Of a stretch of 54,124 nt of DNA, positions 9,569 through 19,846 are shown piece by piece. Position 1 is the first letter of the stretch. Every line of letters starts with the position of its first letter. The DNA is from Opitutaceae bacterium (GTDB taxonomy: Bacteria; Verrucomicrobiota; Verrucomicrobiia; Opitutales; Opitutaceae), in assembly GCA_035656555.1 (NCBI GenBank), contig DASRSJ010000054.1, positions 1-54,124 on the forward strand, in the 5' to 3' direction. The notes under the pieces are model-generated. The model was not told the DNA's origin and searched no databases. It saw only the letters and a list, made by a program, of their open reading frames with translations. The position numbers and the translations under genes were made by a program.

Positions 9569-9600
9569 AAAAAAAGGGCCGTCTCGTGCGAGAGCGGCCC
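9569..9600 (-). terminator. Rho-independent terminator after the glutaredoxin-like gene
   Basis: Minus strand reads GGGCCGCTCTCGCACGAGACGGCCC followed by TTTTTTT. The stem is 10 bp with a 1-nt bulge. Confidence 0.6.
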
Positions 9601-9630
9601 GGTTCGGTTAGGAGTTGCGGAGAGCTCTCG

Positions 9631-9966
9631 TCAGAAGAAGCGGATCGTTTTGGTCGCCATTTTGGCGTGCTCCTCGTCCGAGCAGCCCGCGTTCGTCGGA
9701 ACACCGGCCTGGAGATCCGTCGGCTTAACGAGGTCGTTGCTCAGGAGATAGTTCTCAACTTCCTCGCCGGAGACATCGGCCAGCATCACGCCGTCGATCT
9801 CAACGCACGGGGAGAGGGGCTGGCCGGACTTGCGGACCATCTCCGCATAGTTCTCACGGTCGTTGATGATATCAATGTCGCTGTAATCCAGAGCGTACTT
9901 GCGGAGGGTGGCGCGGACGCCATTGGACCATCCGCACGACGGCTTGAGGTAGGCTTTGATATTCAT
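9631..9966 (-). CDS. Glutaredoxin-like thioredoxin-fold protein (CGWS motif)
   Basis: MNIKAYLKPSCGWS followed by SPCVEIDG (cis-Pro region) is typical of the Grx/NrdH-like fold. A C-terminal extension follows. Confidence 0.6.
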   Translation of the reverse strand: MNIKAYLKPSCGWSNGVRATLRKYALDYSDIDIINDRENYAEMVRKSGQPLSPCVEIDGVMLADVSGEEVENYLLSNDLVKPTDLQAGVPTNAGCSDEEHAKMATKTIRFF

Positions 9967-10117
9967 TCGTTAGTTTATGCCCGGACAGGGTGACGGGCAA
10001 GGTATAGGCTTCGATTTGCCCCAATCAAGCATCCTCTTCCGAATTTTTCGGGAGGAGTGCACGAGTCGGCCAGTGCGGTATTGCCGGGATCGGGCCCGGG
10101 ACTTGGATGGTGCCAAC

Positions 10118-10474
10118 ATGTCCAAGGTCATCCTCCTCCTCATCGGCTCGAACATCTTCATGACGACCGCCTGGTACGGGCACCTCAAGTTCAAGTGGCT
10201 TGAGGGCAAGCCGCTGATCGTCGCGATCCTCGTCGCCTGGGGCGTCGCCTTCTTCGAGTACTGCCTGCAGGTGCCCGCCAACAGGCTGGGCTACCTGACC
10301 GGGCACCTGAGCGGATACCAGCTCAAGGTCATCCAGGAAGCCGTGACCCTTTGCGTGTTCATCGTCTTCGCCTGGGTGGTGCTGAAGGAGCGCCTCACCT
10401 GGAACTATGCGCTCAGCTTTGCCCTCATGATGCTGGCTGTCTACTTCGCCACGGCGTTCAGGCCGGCGTCGTAG
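10118..10474 (+). CDS. Small DMT-superfamily membrane protein (DUF486-like)
   Basis: Started at MSKVILLLIGSNIFMTTAWYGHLKF, the product is about 118 aa with 4 hydrophobic helices. The part of ORF 9977 upstream of this start has poor coding character. Confidence 0.6.
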   Translation: MSKVILLLIGSNIFMTTAWYGHLKFKWLEGKPLIVAILVAWGVAFFEYCLQVPANRLGYLTGHLSGYQLKVIQEAVTLCVFIVFAWVVLKERLTWNYALSFALMMLAVYFATAFRPAS

Positions 10475-10479
10475 GACGG

Positions 10480-11985
10480 CTAGCGGTCGCCCTGCGGGTC
10501 CCAGAAGCCGCCCCCGGAGGCGCGGATCAGGTCCACGGTCGCCGCGTAGCGGATGCTGAGCGTCTGGACCTGCGCAAGCTCGGCCATGAGGAGCACCCTC
10601 TGGGAGTCGACGACCTCGAAGTAGGTGAGGCCGCCGTCGAGGTAGCTCGACTTGGAGGCCTCGAAGACCTTCCTCGCGTCGTCGACGGCGCGTTTCCTGG
10701 ACTCCGCCTGGAGGGCACGCTGGCGAAGGTTGCTGAGCGCATCCTCCACTTCACGGAAGGCACGAAGCGCCGTCTCGTGGTAGGCCGCGATGGCCTCCTC
10801 GTTGCGGGACCTCGCGCTCTTCAGGTTGGCCGAGTTTCGGCCGCCGTCGAAGATCGGGATGTTGATGGCGCCGGCGATCAGCCAGGTGTGGCTCTGGTTT
10901 TCCAGCAGCTGGTTCGCCTCGGAGCTCTCGAAGCCGTAGCCGCCCTGGACCGTGACGGCAGGGTAGAACTGGGCCCGCGCGGCCTTGACGCCCTCGCTGG
11001 CGGCCGCGATCCGGCGCTCGGCCTCGACCAGGTCCGGGCGCTGGGTCAGGAGCTGGGCGGGAATGGTGGCGGGGATCGCCGGGGGCAACAGCTGCTCAAG
11101 CGGGACGGAGTCCACGTGGAAGGTGCTGGCTGACTGGCCGCAGAGGACGGCTAGGGCGTTCTCGAGCTCGGCCCTCTCCTGCTGGGCGTCAATCAGGTCG
11201 GCCTGGGTGTTCTCGCTCTCGACCCGCGAGCGCAGGAGGTCCACGTCCGTCGCGGTGCCGCCCTTGACGCGGTGCTCCTGCACCTGCTGGGCCTCCGCGC
11301 GCAGCTTCACGGCGCGCTCGAGGACCGAGAGCCGGGAGTCTGCTCCGCGGAGCGCGAAGTAGTTCGAGGCGACCTGGGCCGCCAGGCTCAGCTTGACGCC
11401 CTGGCGGTCGGCCAGCGAGGCCTCGGCATTGGCGCGGGCCTGGCTGTAGGCGTGCGAGACGCGCCCGAACACGTCGACCTCGTAGGCCACCGTCAGCGGC
11501 ACCTGATAGTCGTCGTAGGTGTTGGCGAGCGCCTGGCCGGCAAAGGTCGCCGGGCCCGTGGTCGTCGCGGGAAGGAAGAAGGCGTTGCCTATCAGGCGCG
11601 ACGTCGTGACGGGGCCGGTGTTCGTCGTATGCTGACGGCTCGCGGAGAGCGGCGCCGAGACTTTCGGATAAAGATCGGAGGCCACGGCGCCGGCCTGGGC
11701 GCGGGCTTCCGTCACCCGCGCGACGGCCTCCTGGAGGTCCTGGTTTGAGGCGATGGCCTGCTCCTCAAGCCGGTTGAGGACCGGGTCGGCGAAGATCGTC
11801 CACCACGCGGGCCCGGACGGCATGGGCGACACGGCATCCGGCGTTGAAAGGCCGGCAGACTTGAAATGCGCCGGCACCGCGAGATCCGGGGCGGACTGGG
11901 TGTCGGCCGCGAGGGAGCCTGCGGCGAGACCGACGGCCGCAAGGGCCAGACGGCCTCTGTTATATATGTGAGCGAGGGTGTTCAT
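10480..11985 (-). CDS. Outer membrane efflux protein (TolC/NodT-type OMF)
   Basis: 501 aa with a signal peptide and two repeated halves typical of OMFs. Its ATG overlaps the stop of the upstream HlyD gene. Confidence 0.8.
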   Translation of the reverse strand: MNTLAHIYNRGRLALAAVGLAAGSLAADTQSAPDLAVPAHFKSAGLSTPDAVSPMPSGPAWWTIFADPVLNRLEEQAIASNQDLQEAVARVTEARAQAGAVASDLYPKVSAPLSASRQHTTNTGPVTTSRLIGNAFFLPATTTGPATFAGQALANTYDDYQVPLTVAYEVDVFGRVSHAYSQARANAEASLADRQGVKLSLAAQVASNYFALRGADSRLSVLERAVKLRAEAQQVQEHRVKGGTATDVDLLRSRVESENTQADLIDAQQERAELENALAVLCGQSASTFHVDSVPLEQLLPPAIPATIPAQLLTQRPDLVEAERRIAAASEGVKAARAQFYPAVTVQGGYGFESSEANQLLENQSHTWLIAGAINIPIFDGGRNSANLKSARSRNEEAIAAYHETALRAFREVEDALSNLRQRALQAESRKRAVDDARKVFEASKSSYLDGGLTYFEVVDSQRVLLMAELAQVQTLSIRYAATVDLIRASGGGFWDPQGDR

Positions 11986-13112
11986 TTGACCTTAACAGCC
12001 ACAACCGCGGACAGGCCGGGCCGCAGGCGGTCCTCGAAGCCCTGTGTGCTTTGCTGGTCGAAGATGACCTTAACGGGGACGCGCTGGACGACCTTCGTGA
12101 AGTTGCCCGTCGCGTTGTCCGCGGGAAGGAGGGCGAACTCCGCCCCGGTCGCCGGGGCGACGCTGTCCAGCTTGCCCGTGAAGGCGTGGCCGCCGATGGC
12201 GTCGATCGTGACCTCGACCTCCTGGCCGGCGCTCATGCCGCGCAGCTGGGTCTCCTTGAAGTTCGCGGTGACCCAGAAGTTGGGCTCCACGAGGGCGAAG
12301 AGCGGCTGGCCGACCTGGATGCGGTTGCCGACCTCGATGTTCTTGTTGCCGATCCGGCCGTCGGAGGGCGCGGTGATGGTGGCGTAGGTCAGGTTGCGCT
12401 CGGCGTCGCGGACGGATTCCTGCTCCGCCTTGACCCGGGCCTGCGCGGAGGCGACCTGCGCCGCCGAGGACTCGATGGCCGCGCTGTCCACGTGGACGCG
12501 GGCCTGCGCCGCCTCGAGGCTCGCGTTCATCGCCGTGACCGAGGCCTCGGAAGCGGCCTTTGCGCTCGCGGTCGTGTCGACCTCCGACTGGGAGATCGTG
12601 CGCACGTCGGCGTGGAAGAGCTTCTCGTCGCGGCCGCTGTTCACGTTGGCGAGCTGGAGCTGGGCGTTGGACTGGCCCACCTGCGCCTGGGCCTCGGCGA
12701 CCTGGGCCTTGGCCTGTATCTCCTGGGCTTTCGCCTGGTCGAGGGCGGCCTGGGCGCGGAGCGCATCGGCCTTCGCCGAGTCCAGCGCCGCCTTGGCCTT
12801 GTCGAGCGCGACCTCCGAGGCGAACGGGTCGAGGCGGGCGAGGACCTGTCCGGCCTTCACGGTCTCGTTCTCCTGGACAAGGACCTCGGTCACGGACCCG
12901 TCCAGCCGCGAGCTGATCATGTGGACGTGGCCCGAGACGTAGGCATCGTCGGTCTCGGTGTAGACGATCGCATGGTGGAGGAAGCCGGCGAGCCAGATGC
13001 CGCCGACGACGGCGACCACGGCGATGACGGCCCAGAAGACGGGCCCGCGCTTTTTCTTGGCGGGCGCTGAAGAGGATGAGGCCGTGGCGGCCTTGGTGTC
13101 GGTGTTGCTCAT
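11982..13112 (-). CDS. HlyD/EmrA-family membrane fusion protein
   Basis: Started at MSNTDTK (ATG 13112), it has one TM helix (VFWAVIAVVAVVGGIWLAGF), TDDAYVSGH, a long coiled coil and a C-terminal beta-barrel. The 5-prime part of the ORF is a Pro/Ser/Arg-rich shadow. Confidence 0.85.
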   Translation of the reverse strand: MSNTDTKAATASSSSAPAKKKRGPVFWAVIAVVAVVGGIWLAGFLHHAIVYTETDDAYVSGHVHMISSRLDGSVTEVLVQENETVKAGQVLARLDPFASEVALDKAKAALDSAKADALRAQAALDQAKAQEIQAKAQVAEAQAQVGQSNAQLQLANVNSGRDEKLFHADVRTISQSEVDTTASAKAASEASVTAMNASLEAAQARVHVDSAAIESSAAQVASAQARVKAEQESVRDAERNLTYATITAPSDGRIGNKNIEVGNRIQVGQPLFALVEPNFWVTANFKETQLRGMSAGQEVEVTIDAIGGHAFTGKLDSVAPATGAEFALLPADNATGNFTKVVQRVPVKVIFDQQSTQGFEDRLRPGLSAVVAVKVK

Positions 13113-13134
13113 GGAATGTGGGTTTGTCTGTAGA

Positions 13135-14817
13135 TTAGTGGACCGCGGCCTCGGCCTCGGCCGCCTCGAGATCCTCGGCCGTCGGCTGGGCGGCGACCGC
13201 GGGTGCGGCCTCGGGCTTCTTGTGCTTGTCGCCCAGGAGGATGATGAGGGGCAGGGAGGCCAGGAAGAGGATCGCGACGTAGAAGAAGATGTCGGAGTAG
13301 GCGAGGAGGGCGGCCTGGCCGTTGATGATGCGGTCAATCACGGCGAGCGCTCCCTGGCGCCCGGAGATTCCGCCATGGTGGGAAAGGCTGCCGCCCAGCA
13401 TCCCGAGGCGCTGGATCGCCGGCTGGCTGAAGTCCGTCACCTTCTCCACCAGGATCGCGCGGTGCACGCTGATGCGCCTGGCGAGCATGGTCGTGATGAG
13501 GGCGATGCCGATGCTGCTGCCGAGCTGGCGGGTCAGGCTGTAGAAGCCGGCGCCCGCCGGAATGTCCTTCTTCGGAAGCGGCCCCAGCGTCGCGATGCTG
13601 AGCGGCATGAACATCATGACGCTGCCAAGCCCGCGGACGACCAGGGGCCAGAAAAGCTGGTGCGTGCCCGTCCCCGTGTTGATTCCCATGAGAAGCAGGC
13701 CCGTGCAGGCTGTCAGGGTGGCGCCCAGGCCGATCAGGAGCTGCTGGGGCAGGCGGTTGGCGATTTTGCCGTAGGCGATCATCGCGACGGCGGAGGCCAG
13801 GGCGCCCGGCACGAGGATCAGCCCGCTCTGGAGCGCCGTGTAGTGCAGGAAGTCTTGGACGAAGATCGGGACCGCGAACATGATGCCGTAGAGGCCCATG
13901 CCGAGGATGCCCGAATAGATGCTTCCGCCGACCATCGAGGGGAAACGAAGGATCCTCAGGTCCACGGCGGGGTGGTCGGTCGTCAGCTCGCGGTGGATGA
14001 AGAGTCCCAGGCCCACGACGGCGCACACGGCGGACCAGACGATGAACTTCGAGGAGAACCAGTCGTCCTGCTGTCCCTCCTCCAGCATGATCTGGAAGGC
14101 GGCCAGGCCCAGGGTGAGGTACCCGATGCCGTACCAGTCGACGGAGGTCTGGGGCCGGGAGGAGGCCTTCTCGTCCCTGGGGAAGAGGACCATGCACATC
14201 CATACGGCGAGGAGGCCGAGCGGCACGTTGATGAAGAAGATCCAGCGCCAGCCGAGGTTGTCGGTCAGCCAGCCGCCGAGGACCGGTCCGATGGCCGGCC
14301 CGGCGATGACTCCCAGGCCGAAGAGCGCCTGAGCCATCGGGCGCTCCTCCCTCGGGAAGGCCTCGAAGACCAGGGACTGCGCCTTCGCGAGAAGGCCGCC
14401 GCCCGTGATGCCCTGGACCACGCGGGCGAAGATCAGCATCCCCAGGCTCTGCGAGAAGCCGCAGAGAAGCGACGCGACCGTGAAGCCCACGAGGGAGAAG
14501 AGGAAGTAGTTCTTCTTGCCGAAGCGGATGCCGAGCCACGCGGAGAGCGGGATGATGACGACGTTGGCGCAGGCGTAGCTCGTCGAGACCCAGCCGGCCT
14601 CCGAGAGCGTCGCCCCCAGGTTGCCGCGGATGTCCGGCAGGGCCACGTTCGTGATCACGGTGTCGATCACCTCCAGGATGGCGCCAAGGGAGGCCGCCAG
14701 CGTGATCGCCCACTTCAGGACACCGCGCTCAAGCAGCCGCCTCGCGATCGGCGAGAGATAGGCGGGGTCGGACCCGTAGAGTGCCCCTGCATGGGGGGAT
14801 GAAACGGCTGCGGCCAT
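13135..14817 (-). CDS. MFS drug efflux transporter, DHA2 (EmrB/QacA) family
   Basis: About 14 TM segments. Motifs LDTVITNVALPDI-like, GxLaDrxGrkk-like (WLGIRFGKKN) and VVQGITGGGLL are present. Confidence 0.88.
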   Translation of the reverse strand: MAAAVSSPHAGALYGSDPAYLSPIARRLLERGVLKWAITLAASLGAILEVIDTVITNVALPDIRGNLGATLSEAGWVSTSYACANVVIIPLSAWLGIRFGKKNYFLFSLVGFTVASLLCGFSQSLGMLIFARVVQGITGGGLLAKAQSLVFEAFPREERPMAQALFGLGVIAGPAIGPVLGGWLTDNLGWRWIFFINVPLGLLAVWMCMVLFPRDEKASSRPQTSVDWYGIGYLTLGLAAFQIMLEEGQQDDWFSSKFIVWSAVCAVVGLGLFIHRELTTDHPAVDLRILRFPSMVGGSIYSGILGMGLYGIMFAVPIFVQDFLHYTALQSGLILVPGALASAVAMIAYGKIANRLPQQLLIGLGATLTACTGLLLMGINTGTGTHQLFWPLVVRGLGSVMMFMPLSIATLGPLPKKDIPAGAGFYSLTRQLGSSIGIALITTMLARRISVHRAILVEKVTDFSQPAIQRLGMLGGSLSHHGGISGRQGALAVIDRIINGQAALLAYSDIFFYVAILFLASLPLIILLGDKHKKPEAAPAVAAQPTAEDLEAAEAEAAVH

Positions 14818-14827
14818 GTCCTTTGTC

Positions 14828-15457
14828 TCAGCTCCCGGCCGGCGGTGAGATGCGCTTCTTCAGATAGGCGGCCAGAAGGACTTGGTACTCGGCCACGACG
14901 CTCGGCCGGTCCTTCGCGCGCAGTTCGGCGCAGAGCATGATGAGGCCCCTGATCGTGAGAAGAGTGACCGTCGCGACCTGCATGGCATCGTCATCCGAGA
15001 GGCCGGGGTCGCGGGACTTGAAGAGGTCTGAAAACTGCGCGCGCAGGCGCTCCCTGACCGCCGGGTCCTTTTTGATCATGACCGGCGCGTTCATGATAGG
15101 GAAAAATGCGGGCATGTCGTTCGCGAAGGCGAAGAACTTGTCGATGATGGCCGAGCCAAGCTCCTCGGTCCCGATTCCCTGGGTCTCTACCTGGAAGTTG
15201 CTCCAGAGCTCCACGCAGGCGGCCCCGTAGGTGGCGTAGAGTGCGGACGTGATGGCCTCCTTGTTGGGGAAGTACTGGTAGACCGACCCGATCGATGTCT
15301 TCGCCCGGGCCGCGATCTCCGTCATGGTGGTCGCCTCGTAGCCCACCTTCGCCAGCACGGCCTCCGCGTGCGCGAGGAGGCTCGCGACGCGCTTCTCCGA
15401 GCGGTCCTGCACGGGGACCCGCCGGGCCGTCTTGGTGGAAAGTGAGGGAGGACTCAT
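14828..15457 (-). CDS. TetR/AcrR-family transcriptional regulator
   Basis: N-terminal HTH TTMTEIAARAKTSIGSVYQYFPNKEAI. It is the first gene of the efflux operon. Confidence 0.88.
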   Translation of the reverse strand: MSPPSLSTKTARRVPVQDRSEKRVASLLAHAEAVLAKVGYEATTMTEIAARAKTSIGSVYQYFPNKEAITSALYATYGAACVELWSNFQVETQGIGTEELGSAIIDKFFAFANDMPAFFPIMNAPVMIKKDPAVRERLRAQFSDLFKSRDPGLSDDDAMQVATVTLLTIRGLIMLCAELRAKDRPSVVAEYQVLLAAYLKKRISPPAGS

Positions 15458-15464
15458 GTTCTGA

Positions 15465-15500
15465 TTGACAAAGGTGAGGACGGTCTCACATATTTGTCAA
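15465..15500. promoter_or_regulatory. Candidate TetR operator (nested imperfect palindrome)
   Basis: TTGACAAA-GGTGAGGACGGTCTCACATA-TTTGTCAA sits 8 nt upstream of the TetR start. The inner arms are GTGAG/CTCAC. Confidence 0.45.
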
Positions 15501-15553
15501 CGCATGGGTGTCACAAACAAATCAAAACGCGGGAATGGCCCGCTCATACGCCG

Positions 15554-15637
15554 GTGATCACCGCGATCACAGTCCTGGCGCTGCTGACGCTCTTCGTCTT
15601 CCTCGATACCTCGGGCGGCTGCGACGACCCGCGCTAA
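15554..15637 (+). CDS. Candidate 27-aa hydrophobic peptide (MITAITVLALLTLFVFLDTSGGCDDPR)
   Basis: Too short for the ORF track. It has a GTG start, 25 of 27 third positions are G/C (the two other frames are much lower), and it contains one TM-like helix. It is divergent from the TetR operon across the palindrome. No clear RBS. Confidence 0.3.
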   Translation: MITAITVLALLTLFVFLDTSGGCDDPR

Positions 15638-15655
15638 GTCGTTGTCGGGGAGAGC

Positions 15656-16678
15656 CTAGCGGCCCACCACCAGGACCTCGAAGGATCCCGCGATCCCCTG
15701 CCTGCGCGGGTGCGGGTTGTCGGCCGTCGGCGCCGGGGCGTCCTTGTACTTGCCCGTGCAGAGATAGACGCGGCCCGTCTTCGAATCGAGGGAGATGGTC
15801 CTGGCGCCCGGCGCCGTCGTCACGGTCTGCACGAGGCTGAAGCTGCCGGCACTGTCCTCGCGCAGCACGGTCACGGTTCCCATGACGCTCGACGAATAAA
15901 TGAGTCCCGTCGCGGGGTCGAAGGCGTCGCCGTCCGGGTCCTCGCCGATGGCGGGTGTCGCGACCAGGGCCCCCGTGTCGCTGTCGACCACGGCCATCTT
16001 GCCGTTGCCGCCCGCGGAGAAGAGCCGGTGGCTCTTCGCGTCGATCGCGAGGCCCGTTCCGCCCTCGACGGGTGAAAGGCTCCATTCGGCGACGGGCTTC
16101 AGCGTCCCCGTGTCGATCACCTGGATCTCGCTCTTGTCCTCCGTGTTGACGAAGAGGCGGCCCCGGCCGTCGAAGGCCATGCCCTCGAGCTTGCCGGTGA
16201 TCGGCACGTTGGCGGAGATCTCGCCCTTCTGCGGGTCGATCACGGTCACGCCACCCGACTCGCCGTTCGCGACATAGATCATCTTCGTGTCGGGGTCGTA
16301 CTCGATGGCGTCGGGCTTCACTCCCAGGCCGGTGATCACCTTCAGGATCCGGAGGCTGTCCACGTCGAACATGACGACGGCCCTGTCACCTCCGGCCGTG
16401 ATAAAGCCCCTCTTAAGCGAGGGGACGATCGCTATGCCGTGGATTCCCTTCATGGGGGCTATGACGCCGAGGACGGCGCCATTGTCGGCGTTCAGGACGT
16501 CGACCTGGGTTGAGTGCGCCACATAGAGGCGGCGCATCGCGGGGTCCACGCGGAGGTAGTCGAAGCGGACCTCGCCGCCGATCGGGTAGTGGGCGATCAC
16601 CTTAAAGTCCTCCGCTGCCGGGAGTAGGGTCGCTGCGGCCAGGAAGGGAATGAGTGTCCTTAGGATATTGCGACTCAT
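15656..16678 (-). CDS. YncE/YVTN-type beta-propeller repeat protein, secreted
   Basis: Signal peptide MSRNILRTLIPFLAAATLLPAAE. Repeated strand blocks include RLYVAH, MIYVAN, RLFVNT, RLFSAG and RVYLCT. Confidence 0.7.
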   Translation of the reverse strand: MSRNILRTLIPFLAAATLLPAAEDFKVIAHYPIGGEVRFDYLRVDPAMRRLYVAHSTQVDVLNADNGAVLGVIAPMKGIHGIAIVPSLKRGFITAGGDRAVVMFDVDSLRILKVITGLGVKPDAIEYDPDTKMIYVANGESGGVTVIDPQKGEISANVPITGKLEGMAFDGRGRLFVNTEDKSEIQVIDTGTLKPVAEWSLSPVEGGTGLAIDAKSHRLFSAGGNGKMAVVDSDTGALVATPAIGEDPDGDAFDPATGLIYSSSVMGTVTVLREDSAGSFSLVQTVTTAPGARTISLDSKTGRVYLCTGKYKDAPAPTADNPHPRRQGIAGSFEVLVVGR

Positions 16679-16774
16679 GATAAAGGGGGACGGACGCTAT
16701 GACCTTGGTCATGGTTCCACGAATCCAAGGAATACTCGACGATGCGGTGGTACCCGTGGTAATTCTCGAAAGCG

Positions 16775-18109
16775 ATGCCCAAGAAAAACACGACCCAGTT
16801 TTTTGACGTACCCCATATCCGCTTCGAGGGCTCCAAGTCCTCGAATCCCCTCGCCTTCAGGCACTATGATCCCGCCGAGGTGATCGACGGCGTCACGATG
16901 AAGGACCACATGAGGTTCTCCATCGCCTACTGGCACTCCTTCCGCGGCGTTGGCAGCGACCCGTTCGGCCCGGGCACGATCCAGAGGCCCTGGGAGTCGG
17001 GCAAGGACGCGGTCTCCGTCGCCAAGAAGCGCATGGACGCCGCCTTCGAGTTCTTCGTCAAGATCGAGGCCCCGTTCTGGGCCTTCCACGACCGCGACAT
17101 CGCGCCCGAGGGCTCGACGCTCGCGGAGTCGAACAAGAACCTGGACGCGATCATCGCTCACGCGAAGGGCCTCCAGAAGTCGACCGGCATCAAGCTCCTC
17201 TGGGGCACCGCCAACCTCTTCTCCAACCCGCGCTACATGTGCGGCGCGGCCACGAATCCGGATGCGCACGTCTTTGCCTACGCCGCGGCGCAGGTGAAGA
17301 AGGCCATGGAGGTCACCCACGAGCTGGGCGGCGACGGCTACACCTTCTGGGGCGGCCGCGAGGGCTACGAGACGCTGCTCAACACGAACCTCAAGAGGGA
17401 GCAGGACCACCTCGCCGCCTTCCTGCACATGGCGGTCGACCACGCCAAGCGCATCGGCTTCAAGGGGCAGTTCTACATCGAGCCCAAGCCGAAGGAGCCG
17501 ACCAAGCACCAGTACGACTTCGATGTCGCTAGCGGCATCGCCTTCCTGCGCACGTACGGCCTGGAGAAGCACCTGAAGTTCAACATCGAGACGAACCACG
17601 CGACGCTCGCGGGGCACACGTTCCAGCACGAGATCGAGGTCGCGGCCTCGCAGGGGATGCTGGGCTCGATCGACGCCAACTCGGGCGACACGCTGCTCGG
17701 CTGGGACACGGACCAGTTCAACACCGACGTTAAGGAGATCACGCTCGCGATGGTCTCGATCCTCAAGGCCGGCGGCCTTGGCAAGGGCGGCTTCAACTTC
17801 GACGCGAAGCTGCGCCGCCCCTCGGTGGACCCGCAGGACCTCTTCTACGCGCACATCGGCGGCATGGACACCTACGCCCTGGCCTTCAAGATCGCGCGCA
17901 AGATCATCTCCGACGGCCAGCTCGGAGGCTTCGTCGCCGACCGCTACTCGAGCTACGACTCGGGCTTCGGCAAGGACATCGAGAAGGGCAAGGTCGGCTT
18001 CCGCGAGCTGGAGAAGCTCGTCCTCACCAAGCTCGGCGAGCCCAAGCTGCGCAGCGGCCGCCAGGAATACCTGGAGAACCTCGTCAACAAGTACCTCCAC
18101 GGAGCCTGA
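16775..18109 (+). CDS. xylA: Xylose isomerase
   Basis: [34 protein letters not shown] and [14 protein letters not shown] are present. The 444-aa length fits class II XylA. Confidence 0.95.
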   Translation: MPKKNTTQFFDVPHIRFEGSKSSNPLAFRHYDPAEVIDGVTMKDHMRFSIAYWHSFRGVGSDPFGPGTIQRPWESGKDAVSVAKKRMDAAFEFFVKIEAPFWAFHDRDIAPEGSTLAESNKNLDAIIAHAKGLQKSTGIKLLWGTANLFSNPRYMCGAATNPDAHVFAYAAAQVKKAMEVTHELGGDGYTFWGGREGYETLLNTNLKREQDHLAAFLHMAVDHAKRIGFKGQFYIEPKPKEPTKHQYDFDVASGIAFLRTYGLEKHLKFNIETNHATLAGHTFQHEIEVAASQGMLGSIDANSGDTLLGWDTDQFNTDVKEITLAMVSILKAGGLGKGGFNFDAKLRRPSVDPQDLFYAHIGGMDTYALAFKIARKIISDGQLGGFVADRYSSYDSGFGKDIEKGKVGFRELEKLVLTKLGEPKLRSGRQEYLENLVNKYLHGA

Positions 18110-18115
18110 CGCGCC

Positions 18116-19615
<1,500 letters not shown>

Positions 19616-19638
19616 GGCGCCGTGTTTCTCTGCGCGTG

Positions 19639-19701
19639 TGCTGCGAATTGCAGCAGCGCGGGCGGGTGTCGGTGAAAATGCTGAGCGGAAATGCAGCATT
19701 T
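19639..19701 (+). promoter_or_regulatory. Two inverted repeats, candidate enhancer (UAS) sites
   Basis: TGCTGC-GAATT-GCAGCA (19639..19655, 6-N5-6) and AAATGCTG-N10-CAGCATTT (19676..19701). They lie 75-137 nt upstream of the sigma-54-like promoter. Confidence 0.35.
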
Positions 19702-19775
19702 GGCGCGTGCGTCCATTTTCCCCGAATAACATGTAAGAGTTTATGGGGCAGGTGGATGTAAATAGTTAAATCGGT

Positions 19776-19790
19776 TGGCACGGTGGCAGC
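19776..19790 (+). promoter_or_regulatory. Sigma-54 (-24/-12) type promoter upstream of the porin
   Basis: TGGCACG-GTGG-CAGC has the GG and GC at consensus spacing (consensus TGGCACG-N4-TTGC). It is intergenic, 57 nt upstream of ATG 19847, with an AT-rich tract just upstream. Confidence 0.55.
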
Positions 19791-19846
19791 TAAGTGTGGC
19801 GCGAACTCCAGCTTCACTGAACCAACAACCTGCACTCACCGCGCAC

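Noticed and set aside
5098-9993. 1631-aa plus-strand ORF, the longest in the track
   Set aside because: It is exactly antisense to the unmistakable gltB gene. The product is low-complexity and Arg/Gly/Ala/Asp/Val-rich with no motifs. Long stop-free antisense frames are expected in GC-rich DNA with high GC3.
10065-10082. Minus-strand CTGGCCGACTCGTGCA upstream of the grx-like/gltB genes as a sigma-54 promoter (attractive for a nitrogen-assimilation gene)
   Set aside because: The spacing is 1 nt short of consensus and the -24 element is TGGCCG, not TGGCAC. It is too weak to call.
16931-16945. TGGCAC-N5-CCGC with correct sigma-54 spacing (a similar site occurs at 30783)
   Set aside because: Both lie inside well-supported coding sequences (xylA, atzF). 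They show that GG/GC spacing alone occurs by chance in this GC-rich DNA.
19678-19731. 17-codon ORF MLSGNAAFGACVHFPRI in the xylB-porin spacer
   Set aside because: It has mixed third-position composition and no RBS. It overlaps the inverted repeats, which are better explained as protein-binding sites.
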